The notes under the pieces: generated by a model
Told to the model about the DNA's origin: nothing
Seen by the model: the letters and a program-made list of their open reading frames with translations, nothing else
Databases searched by the model: none
Made by a program: the position numbers and the translations under genes
Assembly (NCBI GenBank): GCA_964016885.1
Contig: OZ024741.1
Span: 272,242,001-272,306,000 of the forward strand
Source of the DNA: Eledone cirrhosa
Lineage: Eukaryota
Direction of reading: 5' to 3'
DNA length: 64,000 bases
Shown: positions 37,701-52,100 of the stretch, one piece after another
Layout of the letters: each line of letters starts with the position of its first letter
How positions within the stretch are numbered: position 1 is the first letter of the stretch

Positions 37701-40700
37701 TCTTCAGCCTCTGACTGTCCACTGTCTTGGTGGGACCTTGAGCCTGTGTCTTGTACTTTAGCCTCTGACTGTCCATTGTCTTGGTGGCACCTTGGGTCCG
37801 TGTCTTTTTCTTCAGCCTCTGACTGTCCAGTGTCTTGGTGGCACCTTGGGTCTGTGTCTTTTACTTTAGCCTCTGACTGTCCAGTGTCTTGGTGGCACCT
37901 TTGGTCTGTTTCTTTTACTTTAGCCTCTGACTGTCCTGTGTCTTGGTGGCACCTTGGGTCTGTGTCTTGTACTTTAGCCTCTGACTGTCCACTGTCTTAG
38001 TGGCACTTTTCATCTGTCTTATACTTTAGCCTCTGACTGTCTTTGTGGCACCTTGGGTCTGTGTTGTTTACTTTAGCCTCTGACTGTCCACTGTCTTGGT
38101 GGCTCCTTGGGTCTGTCTTTTACTTTAGCCTCTGACTGTCCAGTGTTTTGGTGGCACCTTGGATCTGTGTCTTTTACTTTAGCCTCCGACTGTCCAGTGT
38201 CTTGGTGGCACCTTGAGTCTGTGTCTTCTACTTTAGCCTCTGACTGTCCACTGTCATGGTGGCACCTTGAGTATGTGTCTTGTACTTTAGCTTCTGACTG
38301 TCCACCGTCATGGTGGCACCTTGAGTCTGTGTCTTGTACTTTAGCCTCTGACTGTCCAGTGTCTTGGTGGCACCTTGCATCTGTCTTATACTTTAGCCTC
38401 TGACTGTCCACTGTCATGGTGGCACCTTGGGTCTGTCTTTTACTTTAGCCTCTTACTTGGTGGCACCTTTGGCCTTGTGTCTGTCTTTTACTTTAGCCTC
38501 TTACTTGGTGGCACCTTTGGCCTTGTGTCTGTCTTTTACTTTAGCCTCTGACTGTCCAGTGTCTTGGTGGCACCTTGGGTCTGTATCTTGTACTTTAGCC
38601 TCTGACTGTCCACTGTCTTGGTGGCACCTTGCATCTGTCTTATACTTTAGCCTCTGACTGTCTTGGTGGCACCTTGGGTCTGTGTCTTTTACTTTAGCCT
38701 CTGACTGTCCAGTGTCTTGGTAGTACCTTGGGTCTGTGTCTTGTACTTTAGCCTCTGACTCTCCACTCTCATGGTGGCACCTTGAGTCTGGTTCTTGTAC
38801 TTTAGCCTCTGAGTGTCCAGTGTCATGGTGGCACCTTGGGTCTGTGTCTTGTACTTTAGCCTCTGACTGTCCACTGTCTTGGTGGCACCTTCAGTCTGTG
38901 TCTTGTACTTTAGCCTCTGACTCTCCACTGTCATGGTGGCACCTTGAGTCTGTGTCTTGTACTTTAGCCTCTGACTGTCCACTGTCATGGTGGCACCTTG
39001 GGTCTGGTTCTTGTACTTTAGCCTCTGAATCTCCAGTGTCATGGTGGCACCTTGAGTCTGTGTTTTGTACTTTAGCCTCTGACTGTTCACTATCATGATG
39101 GCACCTTGAGTCTGTGACTTGTACTTTAGCCTCTGACTGTCCACTGTCATGGTGGCATCTCGAGTCTGTGTCTTGTACTTTAGTCTATGACTGTCCACTG
39201 TCATGGTGGCACCCTGAGCCTGTGTCTTGTACTTTAGCCTCTGACTGTCCACTATCATGGTGGGTCCTTGAATCTGTGTCTTGTACTTTAGCCTTTGACT
39301 GTCCACTATCATGATGGCACCTTGAGTCTGTGTTTTGTACTTTAGCCTCTGACTGTTCACTGTCATGGTGGCACCTTGAGTCTGTGTCTTGTACTTTAGC
39401 CTCTCACTGTCTACTGTCATGGTGGCATCCTGAGTCTGTGTCTTGCACTTTAGTCTCTGACTGTCCAGTGTCTTGGTGGCACCTTGAGTCTGTGTCTTGT
39501 ACTTTAGCCTCTGACTGTCCATTGTCTTGGTGGCACTTTGGGTCCGTGTCTTTTTCTTCAGGCTCTGACTGCCCACTGTCATCGTGGCACCTTGGGTTTG
39601 TGTCTTTTTCTTCAGTCTCTGACTGTCCACTGTCTTGGTGGGACCTTGAGCCTGTGTCTTGTACTTTAGCCTCTGACTGTCCATTGTCTTGGTGGCACCT
39701 TGGGTCCGTGTCTTTTTCTTCAGCCTCTGACTGTCCAGTGTCTTGGTGGCACCTTGGGTCTGTGTCTTTTACTTTAGCCTCTGACTGTCCAGTGTCTTAG
39801 TGGCACCTTTGGTCTGTTTCTTTTACTTTAGCCTCTGACTGTCCTGTGTCTTGGTGGCACCTTGGGTCTGTGTCTTGTACTTTAGCCTCTGACTGTCCAG
39901 TGTCTTGGTGGCACCTTGGGTCCGTGTCTTTTTCTTCAGCCTCTGACTGCCCACTGTCATCGTGGCACCTTGGGTTTGTGTCTTTTTCTTCAGCCTCTGA
40001 CTGTCCACTGTCTTGGTGGGACCTTGAGCCTGTGTCTTGTACTTTAGCCTCTGACTGTCCATTGTCTTGGTGGCACCTTGGGTCCGTGTCTTTTTCTTCA
40101 GCCTCTGACTGTCCAGTGTCTTGGTGGCACCTTGGGTCTGTGTCTTTTACTTTAGCCTCTGACTGTCCAGTGTCTTGGTGGCACCTTTGGTCTGTTTCTT
40201 TTACTTTAGCCTCTGACTGTCCACTGTCTTAGTGGCACTTTTCATCTGTCTTATACTTTAGCCTCTGACTGTCTTTGTGGCACCTTGGGTCTGTGTTGTT
40301 TACTTTAGCCTCTGACTGTCCACTGTCTTGGTGGCTCCTTGGGTCTGTCTTTTACTTTAGCCTCTGACTGTCCAGTGTTTTGGTGGCACCTTGGATCTGT
40401 GTCTTTTACTTTAGCCTCCGACTGTCCAGTGTCTTGGTGGCAACTTGGGTTTGTCTTTTACTTATTCTCTGACTGTCCTGGGTCTTGGTGGCACGTTGGG
40501 TCTGTGTCTTTAACTTCAGCCTCTGACTGTCCAGTGTCTTAGTGGCACCTTGCGTCTGTCTTATACTTTAGCCTCTGACAGTCCACTGCCATGGTGGCAC
40601 CTTGGGTCTGTCTTGTACTTTAGCCTCTGACTGTCCAGTGTCATGGTGGCACCTTGGGTCTGTGTCTTTTATTTTAGCCTCTGACTGTCCAGTGTTTTGA

Positions 40701-43166
40701 TGGCACCTTGGGTCTGTGTCTTTTACCTTAGCCTCTGACTGTCCAGTGTCATGGTGGCACCTTGGGTCTGTGTCTTTTACTTTAGCCTCTGACTGTCCTG
40801 TGTCTTTGTGGCACCTTGGGTCTGTGTCTTGTACTTTAGCCTCTGACTGTCCACTGTCTTAGTGGCACTTTTCATCTGTCTTATACTTTAGCCTCTGACT
40901 GTCTTGGTGGCACCTTGGGTCTGTGTCTTTTACTTTAGCCTCTGACTGTCGACTGTCTTGGTGGTCCCTTGGGTCTGTTTCTTTTACTTTAGTCTGTGAC
41001 TGTCCAGTATTTTGGTCCCACCTTAGGTCTGTGTCTTTTACTTTAGCCTCTCACTGTCCAATGACTTGGTGGCACCTTGGGTCTGTCTTGTACTTTAGCC
41101 TCTGACTGTCCAGTGTTTTTTTGGCACCTTCAGTTTGTCTTTTACTTTAGCCTCTGACTGTCCTGTGTCTTGGTGGCACCTTGGGTCTGTGTCTTGTACT
41201 TTAGCACCTGACTGTCCAGTGTCTTGGTGGCACCTTGGGTCTGTGTCTTTAACTTTAGCCTCTGACTGTCCAGTGTCTTGGTGGCACCTTGGGTCTGTGT
41301 CTTTTACTTCAGCCTCTGACTGTCCAGTGTCTTAGTTGCACCTTGCATCTGTCTTATACTTTAGCCTCTGACTGTCCACTGTCATGGTGACACCTTGGGT
41401 CTGTCTTGTACTTTAGCCTCTGACTGTCCAGTGTCATGGTGGCACCTCAGGTCTGTGTCTTTTACTTTAACTTCTGACTGTCCAGTGTCTTGGTGGCACC
41501 TTGGGTCTGTGTCTTTTACTTTAGCCTCTGACTGTCCAGTGTCTTGGTGGCACCTTGAGTATGTGTCTTGTACTTTAGACTCTGACTATCCAGTGTCTTC
41601 GTGGCACCTTGGGTCTGTATCTTGTACTTTAGCCTCTGACTGTCCACTGTCATGGTGGCACCTTGAGTCTGTGTCTTGTACTTTAGCCTCTGACTGTCCA
41701 CTGTCATGGTGCCACCTTGAGTTTGTGTCTTGTAGTTTAGCCTCTGACTGTCCAGTGTCATGGTGGAACCTTGAGTCTGGTTCTTGTACTTTAGCCTCTG
41801 ACTGTTCAGTGTCATGGTGGCACCTTGAGTCTGTGTTTTGTACTTTAGCCTCTAACTGTTCACTTTCATGGTGGCACCTTGTGTCTGGTTCTTGTACTTT
41901 AACCTCTGACTGTCCACTGTCATGGTGGCATCTTGAGTCTGTGCCTTGTACTTTAGTCTATGACTGTCCAGTGTCATGATGGCACCTTGAGTCTGTGTCT
42001 TGTACTTTAGCCTCTGACTGTCCACTGTCTTGGTGGCACCTTGGGTCCGTGTCTTGTACTTTAGCCTCTGACTGCCCACTGTCATCGTGGCATCTTGGGT
42101 CTGTGTCTTTTTCTTCAGCCTCTGACTGTCCACTGTCATGGTGGCACATTGAGTCTGTGTCTTGTACTTTAGCCTCTGACTGTCCACTGTCTTGGTGGAA
42201 CCTTGAGTCTGTGTCTTGTACTTTAGCCTCTGACTCTCCACTGTCATGGTGGCACCTTGAGTCTGTGGTTTGTACTTTAGCCTCTGACTGTCCAGTGTCT
42301 TGATGGCACCTTGCATCTGTCTTATACTTTAGCCTCTGACTGTCCAGTGTTATGGTGGGACATTGGGTCTGTGTCTTTTACTTTAGCCTCTTACTGTCCA
42401 GTGTCTTGGTGGCACCTTGGGTCTGTGTCTTTTACTTTAGCCTCTGACTGTCCAGTGTCATGGTGGCACCTTGGGTCTGTGTCTTTTACTTTAGCCTCTG
42501 ACTGTCCTGTGTCTTGGTGGCACCTTGGGTCTGTGTCTTTTACTTTAGCCTCTGACTGTCCAGTGTCTTGGTGGCACCTTGGGTCTGTGTTTTTTACTTT
42601 AGCCTCTGATTGTCCAGTGTCTTGGTGGCACCTTGGGTCTGTCTTTTACTTTACCCTCTAACTGTCGACTGTCTTGGTGGCCTCTTGGGTCTGTGTCTTT
42701 TACTTTAGCCTCTGACTGTCCACTGTCTTAGTGGCACTTTTCATCTGTCTTATACTTTATCCTCTGACTGTCTTTGTTGCACCTTGGGTCTGTGTTGTTT
42801 ACTTTAGCCTCTGACTGTCCACTGTATTGGTGGCTCCTTGGGTCTGTGTTTTACTTTAGCCTCTGACTGTCCAGTGTTTTGGTGGCACCTTGGATCTGTG
42901 TCTTTTACTTTAGCCTCCGACTGTCCAGTGTCTTGGTGGCACCTTGGGTTTGTCTTTTACTTATTCTCTGACTGTCCTGGGTCTTGGTGGCACGTTGGGT
43001 CTGTGTCTTTAACTTCAGCCTCTGACTGTCCAGTGTCTTAGTGGCACCTTGCGTCTGTCTTATACTTTAGCCTCTGACAGTCCACTGCCATGGTGGCACC
43101 TTGGGTCTGTCTTGTACTTTAGCCTCTGACTGCCCACTGTCATGGTGGCACCTTGGGTCTGTCTTG

Positions 43167-46100
43167 TACTTTAGCCTCTGACTGTCCAGTGTCATGGTGG
43201 CACCTTGGGTCTGTGTCTTTTATTTTAGCCTCTGACTGTCCAGTGTTTTGGTGGGACCTTGGGTCTGTGTCTTTTACCTTAGCCTCTGACTGTCCAGTGT
43301 CATGGTGGCACCTTGGGTCTGTGTCTTTTACTTTAGCCTCTGACTGTCCTGTGTCATGGTAGCACCTTGGGTCTGTGTCTTGTACTTTAGCCTCTGACTG
43401 TCCACTGTCTTAGTGGCACTTTTCATCTGTCTTATACTTTAGCCTCTGACTGTCTTGGTGGCACCTTGGGTCTGTGTCTTTTACTTTAGCCTCTGACTGT
43501 CGACTGTCTTGGTGGTCCCTTGGGTCTGTTTCTTATACTTTAGTCTGTGACTGTCCAGTATTTTGGTCCCACCTTAGGTCTGTGTCTTTTACTTTAGCCG
43601 CTCACTGTCCAATGACTTGGTGGCACCTTGGGTCTGTCTTGTACTTTAGCCTCTGACTGTCCAGTGTTTTTTTGGTACCTTCAGTTTGTCTTTTACTTTA
43701 GCCTCTGACTGTCCTGTGTCTTGGTGGCACCTTGGGTCTGTGTCTTGTACTTTAGCACCTGACTGTCCAGTGTCTTGGTGGCACCTTGGGTCTGTGTCTT
43801 TAACTTTAGCCTCTGACTGTCCAGTGTCTTGGTGGCACCTTGGGTCTGTGTCTTTTACTTCAGCCTCTGACTGTCCAGTGTCTTAGTTGCACCTTGCATC
43901 TGTCTTATACTTTAGCCTCTGACTGTCCACTGTCATGGTGACACCTTGGGTCTGTCTTGTACTTTAGCCTCTGACTGTCCAGTGTCATGGTGGCACCTTA
44001 GGTCTGTGTCTTTTACTTTAACTTCTGACTGTCCAGTGTCTTGGTGGCTCCTTGGGTCTGTGTCATTTAATTTAGCCTCTGACTGTCCAGTGTCTTGGTG
44101 GCACCTTGGGTCTGTGTCTTTTACTTTGGCCTCTGACTGACCAGTGTCTTTGTGGCACCTTGGGTCTGTGTCTTTTACTTTAGCCTCTGACTGTCCAGTG
44201 TCTTGGTGGCACCTTGGGTCTGTGTCTTTTACTTTAGCCTCTGACTGTCCAGTGTCTTGGTGGCACCTTGAGTATGTGTCTTGTACTTTAGACTCTGACT
44301 ATCCAGTGTCTTCGTGGCACCTTGGGTCTGTATCTTGTACTTTAGCCTCTGACTGTCCACTGTCATGGTGGCACCTTGAGTCTGTGTCTTGTACTTTAGC
44401 CTCTGACTGTCCACTGTCATGGTGCCACCTTGAGTTTGTGTCTTGTACTTTAGCCTCTGACTGTCCAGTGTCATGGTGGAACCTTGAGTCTGGTTCTTGT
44501 ACTTTAGCCTCTGACTGTTCAGTGTCATGGCGGCACCTTGAGTCTGTGTTTTGTACTTTAGCCTCTAACTGTTCACTTTCATGGTGGCACCTTGTGTCTG
44601 GTTCTTGTACCTTAACCTCTGACTGTCCAGTCATGGTGTCATCTTGAGTCTGTGCCTTGTACTTTAGTCTATGACTGTCCAGTGTCATGATGGCACCTTG
44701 AGTCTGTGTCTTGTACTTTGGCCTCTGACTGTCCACTGTCTTGGTGGCACCTTGGGTCCGTGTCTTGTACTTTAGCCTCTGACTGCCCACTGTCATCGTG
44801 GCATCTTGGGTCTGTGTCTTTTTCTTCAGCCTCTGACTGTCCACTGTCATGGTGGCACATTGAGTCTGTGTCTTGTACTTTAGCCTCTGACTGTCCACTG
44901 TCTTGGTGGAACCTTGAGTCTGTGTCTTGTACTTTAGCCTCTGACTCTCCACTGTCATGGTGGCACCTTGAGTCTGTGGTTTGTACTTTAGCCTCTGACT
45001 GTCCAGTGTCTTGATGGCACCTTGCATCTGTCTTATACTTTAGCCTCTGACTGTCCAGTGTTATGGTGGGACATTGGGTCTGTGTCTTTTACTTTAGCCT
45101 CTTACTGTCCAGTGTCATGGTGGCACCTTGGGTCTGTGGTTTTTACTTTAGCCTCTGACTGTCCTGTGTCTTGGTGGCACCTTGGGTCTGTGTCTTGTAC
45201 TTTAGCCTCTGACTGTCCAGTGTTTTGGTGGCACCTTGGGTCTGTGGTTTTTACTTTAGCGTCTGACTGTCCTGTGTCTTGGTGGCACCTTGGGTCTGTG
45301 TCTTGTACTTTAGCCTCTGACTGTCCACTGTCTTAGTGGCACTTTTCATCTGTCTTATACTTTAGCCTCTGACTGTCTTGGTGGCACCTTGGGTCTGTGT
45401 CTTTTACTTTAGCCTCTGACTGTCCAGTGTTTTGGTGGCACCTTGGGTCTGTGTCTTGTACTTTAGTCTGTGACTGTCCAGTATTTTGGTCCCACCTTAG
45501 GTCTGTGTCTTTTACTTTAGCCTCTCACTGTCCAATGACTTGGTGGCACCTTGGGTCTGTGTCTTGTACTTTAGCCTCTGACTGTCCAGTGTCCTGGTGG
45601 CACCTTGGGTCTGTGTCTTTAACTTTAGCCTCTGACTGTCCAGTGTCTTGGTGGCACCTTGGGTCTGTGTCTTTTACTTCAGCCTCTGACTGTCCAGTGT
45701 CTTAGTGGCACCTTGCGTCTGTCTTTTACTTTAGCTTCTGACTGTCCTGTGTCTTGGTGGCACCTTGGGTCTGTGTCTTGTACTTTAGCATCTGACTGTC
45801 CAGTGTCTTGGTGGCACCTTGGGTCTGTGTCTTAAACTTCAGCCTCTTACCAGTGTCTTTGTGGCACCTTGGGTCTGTGTCTTTTACTTTAGCCTCCGAC
45901 TGTCGAGTGTCTTGGTGGCACCTTGGGTTTGTCTTATACTTTAGCCTCTGACTGTCCAGTGTCTTGGTGGCACCTTGGGTCTGTGTCTTTAACTTTAGCC
46001 TCTGACTGTCCAGTGTCTTAGTGGCACCTTGACTCTGGTTCTTGTACTTTAGCCTCTGATTGTCCACTGTCATGGTGGCACCTTGGGTCTGTCTTGTACT

Positions 46101-49100
46101 TTAGCCTCTGACTGTCCGGTGGCATGGTGGGACCTTAGGTGTGTGTCTTTTACTTTAGCCTCTGACTGTCCAGTGTCTTGGTGGCACCTTGGGTCTGTGT
46201 CATTTAATTTAGCCTCTGACTGTCTAGTGTCTAGGTGGCACCTTGGGTGTGTCTTATACTTCAGCCTCTGACTGACCAGGGTCTTTGTGGCACCTTGGGT
46301 CTGTGTCTTTTACTTTAGCCTCTGACTGTCCAGTGTCTTGGTGGCACCTTGGGTCTGTATTTTTTACTTTAGCCTCTGACTGTGACCTGTCATGGTGGCT
46401 CCTTGAATCTGTGTCTTGTACTTTAGCCTCTGACTGCCATCTGTCATGGTGGCACCTTGAGTCTGGTTCTTGTACTTTAGCCTCTGACTGTCCAGTGTCA
46501 TGGTGGCACCTTGGGTTTGTCTTTTACTTTAACCTCTGACTGTCCTGTGTCTTGGTGGCACCTTGGGTCTGTGTCTTTTACTTCAGCCTCTGACTGTCCA
46601 GTGTCTTGGTGGCACCTTGGGTCTGTGTCTTGTACTTTAACCTCTGACTGTCCAGTGTCTTGGTGGCACCTTGGGTCTGTGTCTTTTACTTCAGCCTCTG
46701 ACTGTCCAGTGTCTTGGTGGCACCTTGGGTCTGTGTCTTGTACTTTAACCTCTGACTGTCCAGTGTCTTGGTGGCACCTTGGGTCTGTGTCTTTAACTTT
46801 AGCCTCTGACTGTCCTGTGTCTTAGTGGCACCTTGCGTCTGTCTTATACTTTAGCCTCTGACTGTCCAGTGTCTTGGTGGCAGCTTGGGTCTGTTTCTTT
46901 TACTTCAGCCTCTGACTGTCCAGTGTCTTAGTGGCACCTTGCGTCTGTCTTATACTTTAGCCTCTGACTGTCCAGTGTCTTGGTGGCACCTTGGGTCTGT
47001 GTCTTTTACTTTAGCCTCTGACTGTCCAGTGTCATGGTAGCACCTTGGGTCTGTGTCTTTTACTTTAGCCTCTGACTGTCCAGTGTCATGGTAGCACCTT
47101 GTGTCTGTGTCTTTTACTTTAGCCTCTGACTGTCCAGTGTTTTTGTGGCACTTTGGGTCTGTGTCTTTTACTTTAGCCTCTGACTGTCCAGTATCTTGGT
47201 GGCACCTTGGGTCTGTGTCTCTTACTTTAGCCTCTGACTGTCCAGTGTCATGGTGGAACCTTGGGTCTGTGTCTTATACTTTAGCCTCTGACTGTCTTGG
47301 TGGCACCTTGGGTCTGTGTCTTTTACTTTAGCCTCTGACTGTCGACTGTCTTGGTGGTCCCTTGGGTCTGTTTCTTTTACTTTAGTCTGTGACTGTCCAG
47401 TATTTTGGTCCCACCTTAGGTCTGTGTCTTTTACTTTAGCCTCTCACTGTCCAATGACTTGGTGGCACCTTGGGTCTGTCTTGTACTTTAGCCTCTGACT
47501 GTCCAGTGTTTTTTTGGCACCTTCAGTTTGTCTTTTACTTTAGCCTCTGACTGTCCTGTGTCTTGGTGGCACCTTGGGTCTGTGTCTTGTACTTTAGCAC
47601 CTGACTGTCCAGTGTCTTGGTGGCACCTTGGGTCTGTGTCTTTAACTTTAGCCTCTGACTGTCCAGTGTCTTGGTGGCACCTTGGGTCTGTGTCTTTTAC
47701 TTCAGCCTCTGACTGTCCAGTGTCTTAGTTGCACCTTGCATCTGTCTTATACTTTAGCCTCTGACTGTCCACTGTCATGGTGACACCTTGGGTCTGTCTT
47801 GTACTTTAGCCTCTGACTGTCCAGTGTCATGGTGGCACCTTAGGTCTGTGTCTTTTACTTTAACTTCTGACTGTCCAGTGTCTTGGTGGCTCCTTGGGTC
47901 TGTGTCATTTAATTTAGCCTCTGACTGTCCAGTGTCTTGGTGGCACCTTGGGTCTGTGTCTTTTACTTTGGCCTCTGACTGACCAGTGTCTTTGTGGCAC
48001 CTTGGGTCTGTGTCTTTTACTTTAGCCTCTGACTGTCCAGTGTCTTGGTGGCACCTTGGGTCTGTGTCTTTTACTTTAGCCTCTGACTGTCCAGTGTCTT
48101 GGTGGCACCTTGCGTATGTGTCTTGTACTTTAGACTCTGACTATCCAGTGTCTTCGTGGCACCTTGGGTCTGTATCTTGTACTTTAGCCTCTGACTGTCC
48201 AGTGTCATGGTGGAACCTTGAGTCTGGTTCTTGTACTTTAGCCTCTGACTGTTCAGTGTCATGGCGGCACCTTGAGTCTGTGTTTTGTACTTTAGCCTCT
48301 AACTGTTCACTTTCATGGTGGCACCTTGTGTCTGGTTCTTGTACTTTAACCTCTGACTGTCCAGTCATGGTGTCATCTTGAGTCTGTGCCTTGTACTTTA
48401 GTCTATGACTGTCCAGTGTCATGATGGCACCTTGAGTCTGTGTCTTGTACTTTGGCCTCTGACTGTCCACTGTCTTGGTGGCACCTTGGGTCCGTGTCTT
48501 GTACTTTAGCCTCTGACTGCCCACTGTCATCGTGGCATCTTGGGTCTGTGTCTTTTTCTTCAGCCTCTGACTGTCCACTGTCATGGTGGCACATTGAGTC
48601 TGTGTCTTGTACTTTAGCCTCTGACTGTCCACTGTCTTGGTGGCACCTTGAGTCTGTGTCTTGTACTTTAGCCTCTGACTGTCCACTGTCATGGTGCCAC
48701 CTTGAGTTTGTGTCTTGTACTTTAGCCTCTGACTGTCCAGTGTCATGGTGGAACCTTGAGTCTGGTTCTTGTACTTTAGCCTCTGACTGTTCAGTGTCAT
48801 GGTGGCACCTTGAGTCTGTGGTTTGTACTTTAGCCTCTGACTGTCCAGTGTCTTGATGGCACCTTGCATCTGTCTTATACTTTAGCCTCTGACTGTCCAG
48901 TGTTATGGTGGGACATTGGGTCTGTGTCTTTTACTTTAGCCTCTTACTGTCCAGTGTCTTGGTGGCACCTTGGGTCTGTGTCTTTTACTTTAGCCTCTGA
49001 CTGTCCAGTGTCATGGTGGCACCTTGGGTCTGTGGTTTTTACTTTAGCCTCTGACTGTCCTGTGTCTTGGTGGCACCTTGGGTCTGTGTCTTGTACTTTA

Positions 49101-52100
49101 GCCTCTGACTGTCCACTGTCTTAGTGGCACTTTTCATCTGTCTTATACTTTAGCCTCTGACTGTCTTGGTGGCACCTTGGGTCTGTGTCTTTTACTTTAG
49201 CCTCTGACTGTCCAGTGTCATGGTGGCACCTTGGGTCTGTGGTTTTTACTTTAGCCTCTGACTGTCCTGTGTCTTGGTGGCACCTTGGGTCTGTGTCTTG
49301 TACTTTAGCCTCTGACTGTCCACTGTCTTAGTGGCACTTTTCATCTGTCTTATACTTTAGCCTCTGACTGTCTTGGTGGCACCTTGGGTCTGTGGTTTTT
49401 ACTTTAGCCTCTGACTGTCCTGTGTCTTGGTGGCACCTTGGGTCTGTGTCTTGTACTTTAGCCTCTGACTGTCCACTGTCTTAGTGGCACTTTTCATCTG
49501 TCTTATACTTTAGCCTCTGACTGTCTTGGTGGCACCTTGGGTCTGTGTCTTTTACTTTAGCCTCTGACTGTCCAGTGTCTTGGTGGCACCTTGGGTCTGT
49601 GTCTTTTACTTTAGCCTCTGACTGTCCAGTGTCATGGTAGCACCTTGGGTCTGTGTCTTTTACTTTAGCCTCTGACTGTCCAGTGTCATGGTAGCACCTT
49701 GTGTCTGTGTCTTTTACTTTAGCCTCTGACTGTCCAGTGTTTTTGTGGCACTTTGGGTCTGTGTCTTTTACTTTAGCCTCTGACTGTCCAGTATCTTGGT
49801 GGCACCTTGGGTCTGTGTCTCTTACTTTAGCCTCTGACTGTCCAGTGTCATGGTGGAACCTTGGGTCTGTGTCTTTTACTTTAGCCTCTGACTGTCCAGT
49901 GTCTAGGTGGCACCTTGGGTCTGTGTCATTTAATTTAGCCTCTGACTGTCCAGTGTCTAGGTGGCACCTTGGGTCTGTCTTATACTTTAGCCTCTGACTG
50001 ACCAGTGTCTTTGTGGGACCTTGGGTCTGTGTCTCTTACTTTAGCCTCTGACTGTCCAGTGTCTTGGTGGCACCTTGGGTCTGTGTCTTTTACTTTAGCC
50101 TCTGACTGTCCACTGTCTTGGTGGCACCTTTGGTCTGTGTCTTTTACTTTAGCCTCTGACTGTCCAGTCTCATGGTGGCACCTTGGGTCTGTGTCTTTTA
50201 CTTTAGCCTCTGACTGTCCAGTGTCTAGGTGGCACCTTGGGTCTGTCTTATACTTTAGCCTCTGACTGACCAGTGTCTTTGTGGGACGTTGGGTCTGTGT
50301 CTCTTACTTTAGCCTCTGACTGTCCAGTGTCTTGGTGGCACCTTTGGTCTGTGTCTTTTACTTTAGCCTCTGACTGTCCACTGTCATGGTGGCACCTTGG
50401 GTCTGTGTCTTGTACTTTAGCCTCTGACTGTCCAGTTTCATGGTGGCACCTTGGGTCTGTGTCTTTTACTTCAGCCACTGACTGTCCAGTGTCTTGGTGG
50501 CACCTTGGTTCTGTGTCTTTTACTTTAGCCTCTGACTGTCCAGTGTTTTGGTGGCACCTTGGGTCTGTGTCTTTTACTTTAGCCTCTGACTGTCCAGTGT
50601 CTTGGTGGCACCTTGGGTCTGTGTCTTTTACTTTAGCCTCTGACTGTCCAGTGTCATGGTGGCACCTTGGGTCTGTGTCTTTTATTTTAGCCTCTGACTG
50701 TCCAGTGTTTTGGTGGGACCTTGGGTCTGTGTCTTTTACCTTAGCCTCTGACTGTCCAGTGTCATGGTGGCACCTTGGGTCTGTGTCTTTTACTTTAGCC
50801 TCTGACTGTCCTGTGTCATGGTAGCACCTTGGGTCTGTGTCTTGTACTTTAGCCTCTGACTGTCCACTGTCTTAGTGGCACTTTTCATCTGTCTTATACT
50901 TTAGCCTCTGACTGTCTTGGTGGCACCTTGGGTCTGTGTCTTTTACTTTAGCCTCTGACTGTCGACTGTCTTGGTGGTCCCTTGGGTCTGTTTCTTATAC
51001 TTTAGTCTGTGACTGTCCAGTATTTTGGTCCCACCTTAGGTCTGTGTCTTTTACTTTAGCCGCTCACTGTCCAATGACTTGGTGGCACCTTGGGTCTGTC
51101 TTGTACTTTAGCCTCTGACTGTCCAGTGTTTTTTTGGTACCTTCAGTTTGTCTTTTACTTTAGCCTCTGACTGTCCTGTGTCTTGGTGGCACCTTGGGTC
51201 TGTGTCTTGTACTTTAGCACCTGACTGTCCAGTGTCTTGGTGGCACCTTGGGTCTGTGTCTTTAACTTTAGCCTCTGACTGTCCAGTGTCTTGGTGGCAC
51301 CTTGGGTCTGTGTCTTTTACTTCAGCCTCTGACTGTCCAGTGTCTTAGTTGCACCTTGCATCTGTCTTATACTTTAGCCTCTGACTGTCCACTGTCATGG
51401 TGACACCTTGGGTCTGTCTTGTACTTTAGCCTCTGACTGTCCAGTGTCATGGTGGCACCTTAGGTCTGTGTCTTTTACTTTAACTTCTGACTGTCCAGTG
51501 TCTTGGTGGCTCCTTGGGTCTGTGTCATTTAATTTAGCCTCTGACTGTCCAGTGTCTTGGTGGCACCTTGGGTCTGTGTCTTTTACTTTGGCCTCTGACT
51601 GACCAGTGTCTTTGTGGCACCTTGGGTCTGTGTCTTTTACTTTAGCCTCTGACTGTCCAGTGTCTTGGTGGCACCTTGGGTCTGTGTCTTTTACTTTAGC
51701 CTCTGACTGTCCAGTGTCTTGGTGGCACCTTGAGTATGTGTCTTGTACTTTAGACTCTGACTATCCAGTGTCTTCGTGGCACCTTGGGTCTGTATCTTGT
51801 ACTTTAGCCTCTGACTGTCCACTGTCATGGTGGCACCTTGAGTCTGTGTCTTGTACTTTAGCCTCTGACTGTCCACTGTCATGGTGCCACCTTGAGTTTG
51901 TGTCTTGTACTTTAGCCTCTGACTGTCCAGTGTCATGGTGGAACCTTGAGTCTGGTTCTTGTACTTTAGCCTCTGACTGTTCAGTGTCATGGCGGCACCT
52001 TGAGTCTGTGTTTTGTACTTTAGCCTCTAACTGTTCACTTTCATGGTGGCACCTTGTGTCTGGTTCTTGTACCTTAACCTCTGACTGTCCAGTCATGGTG

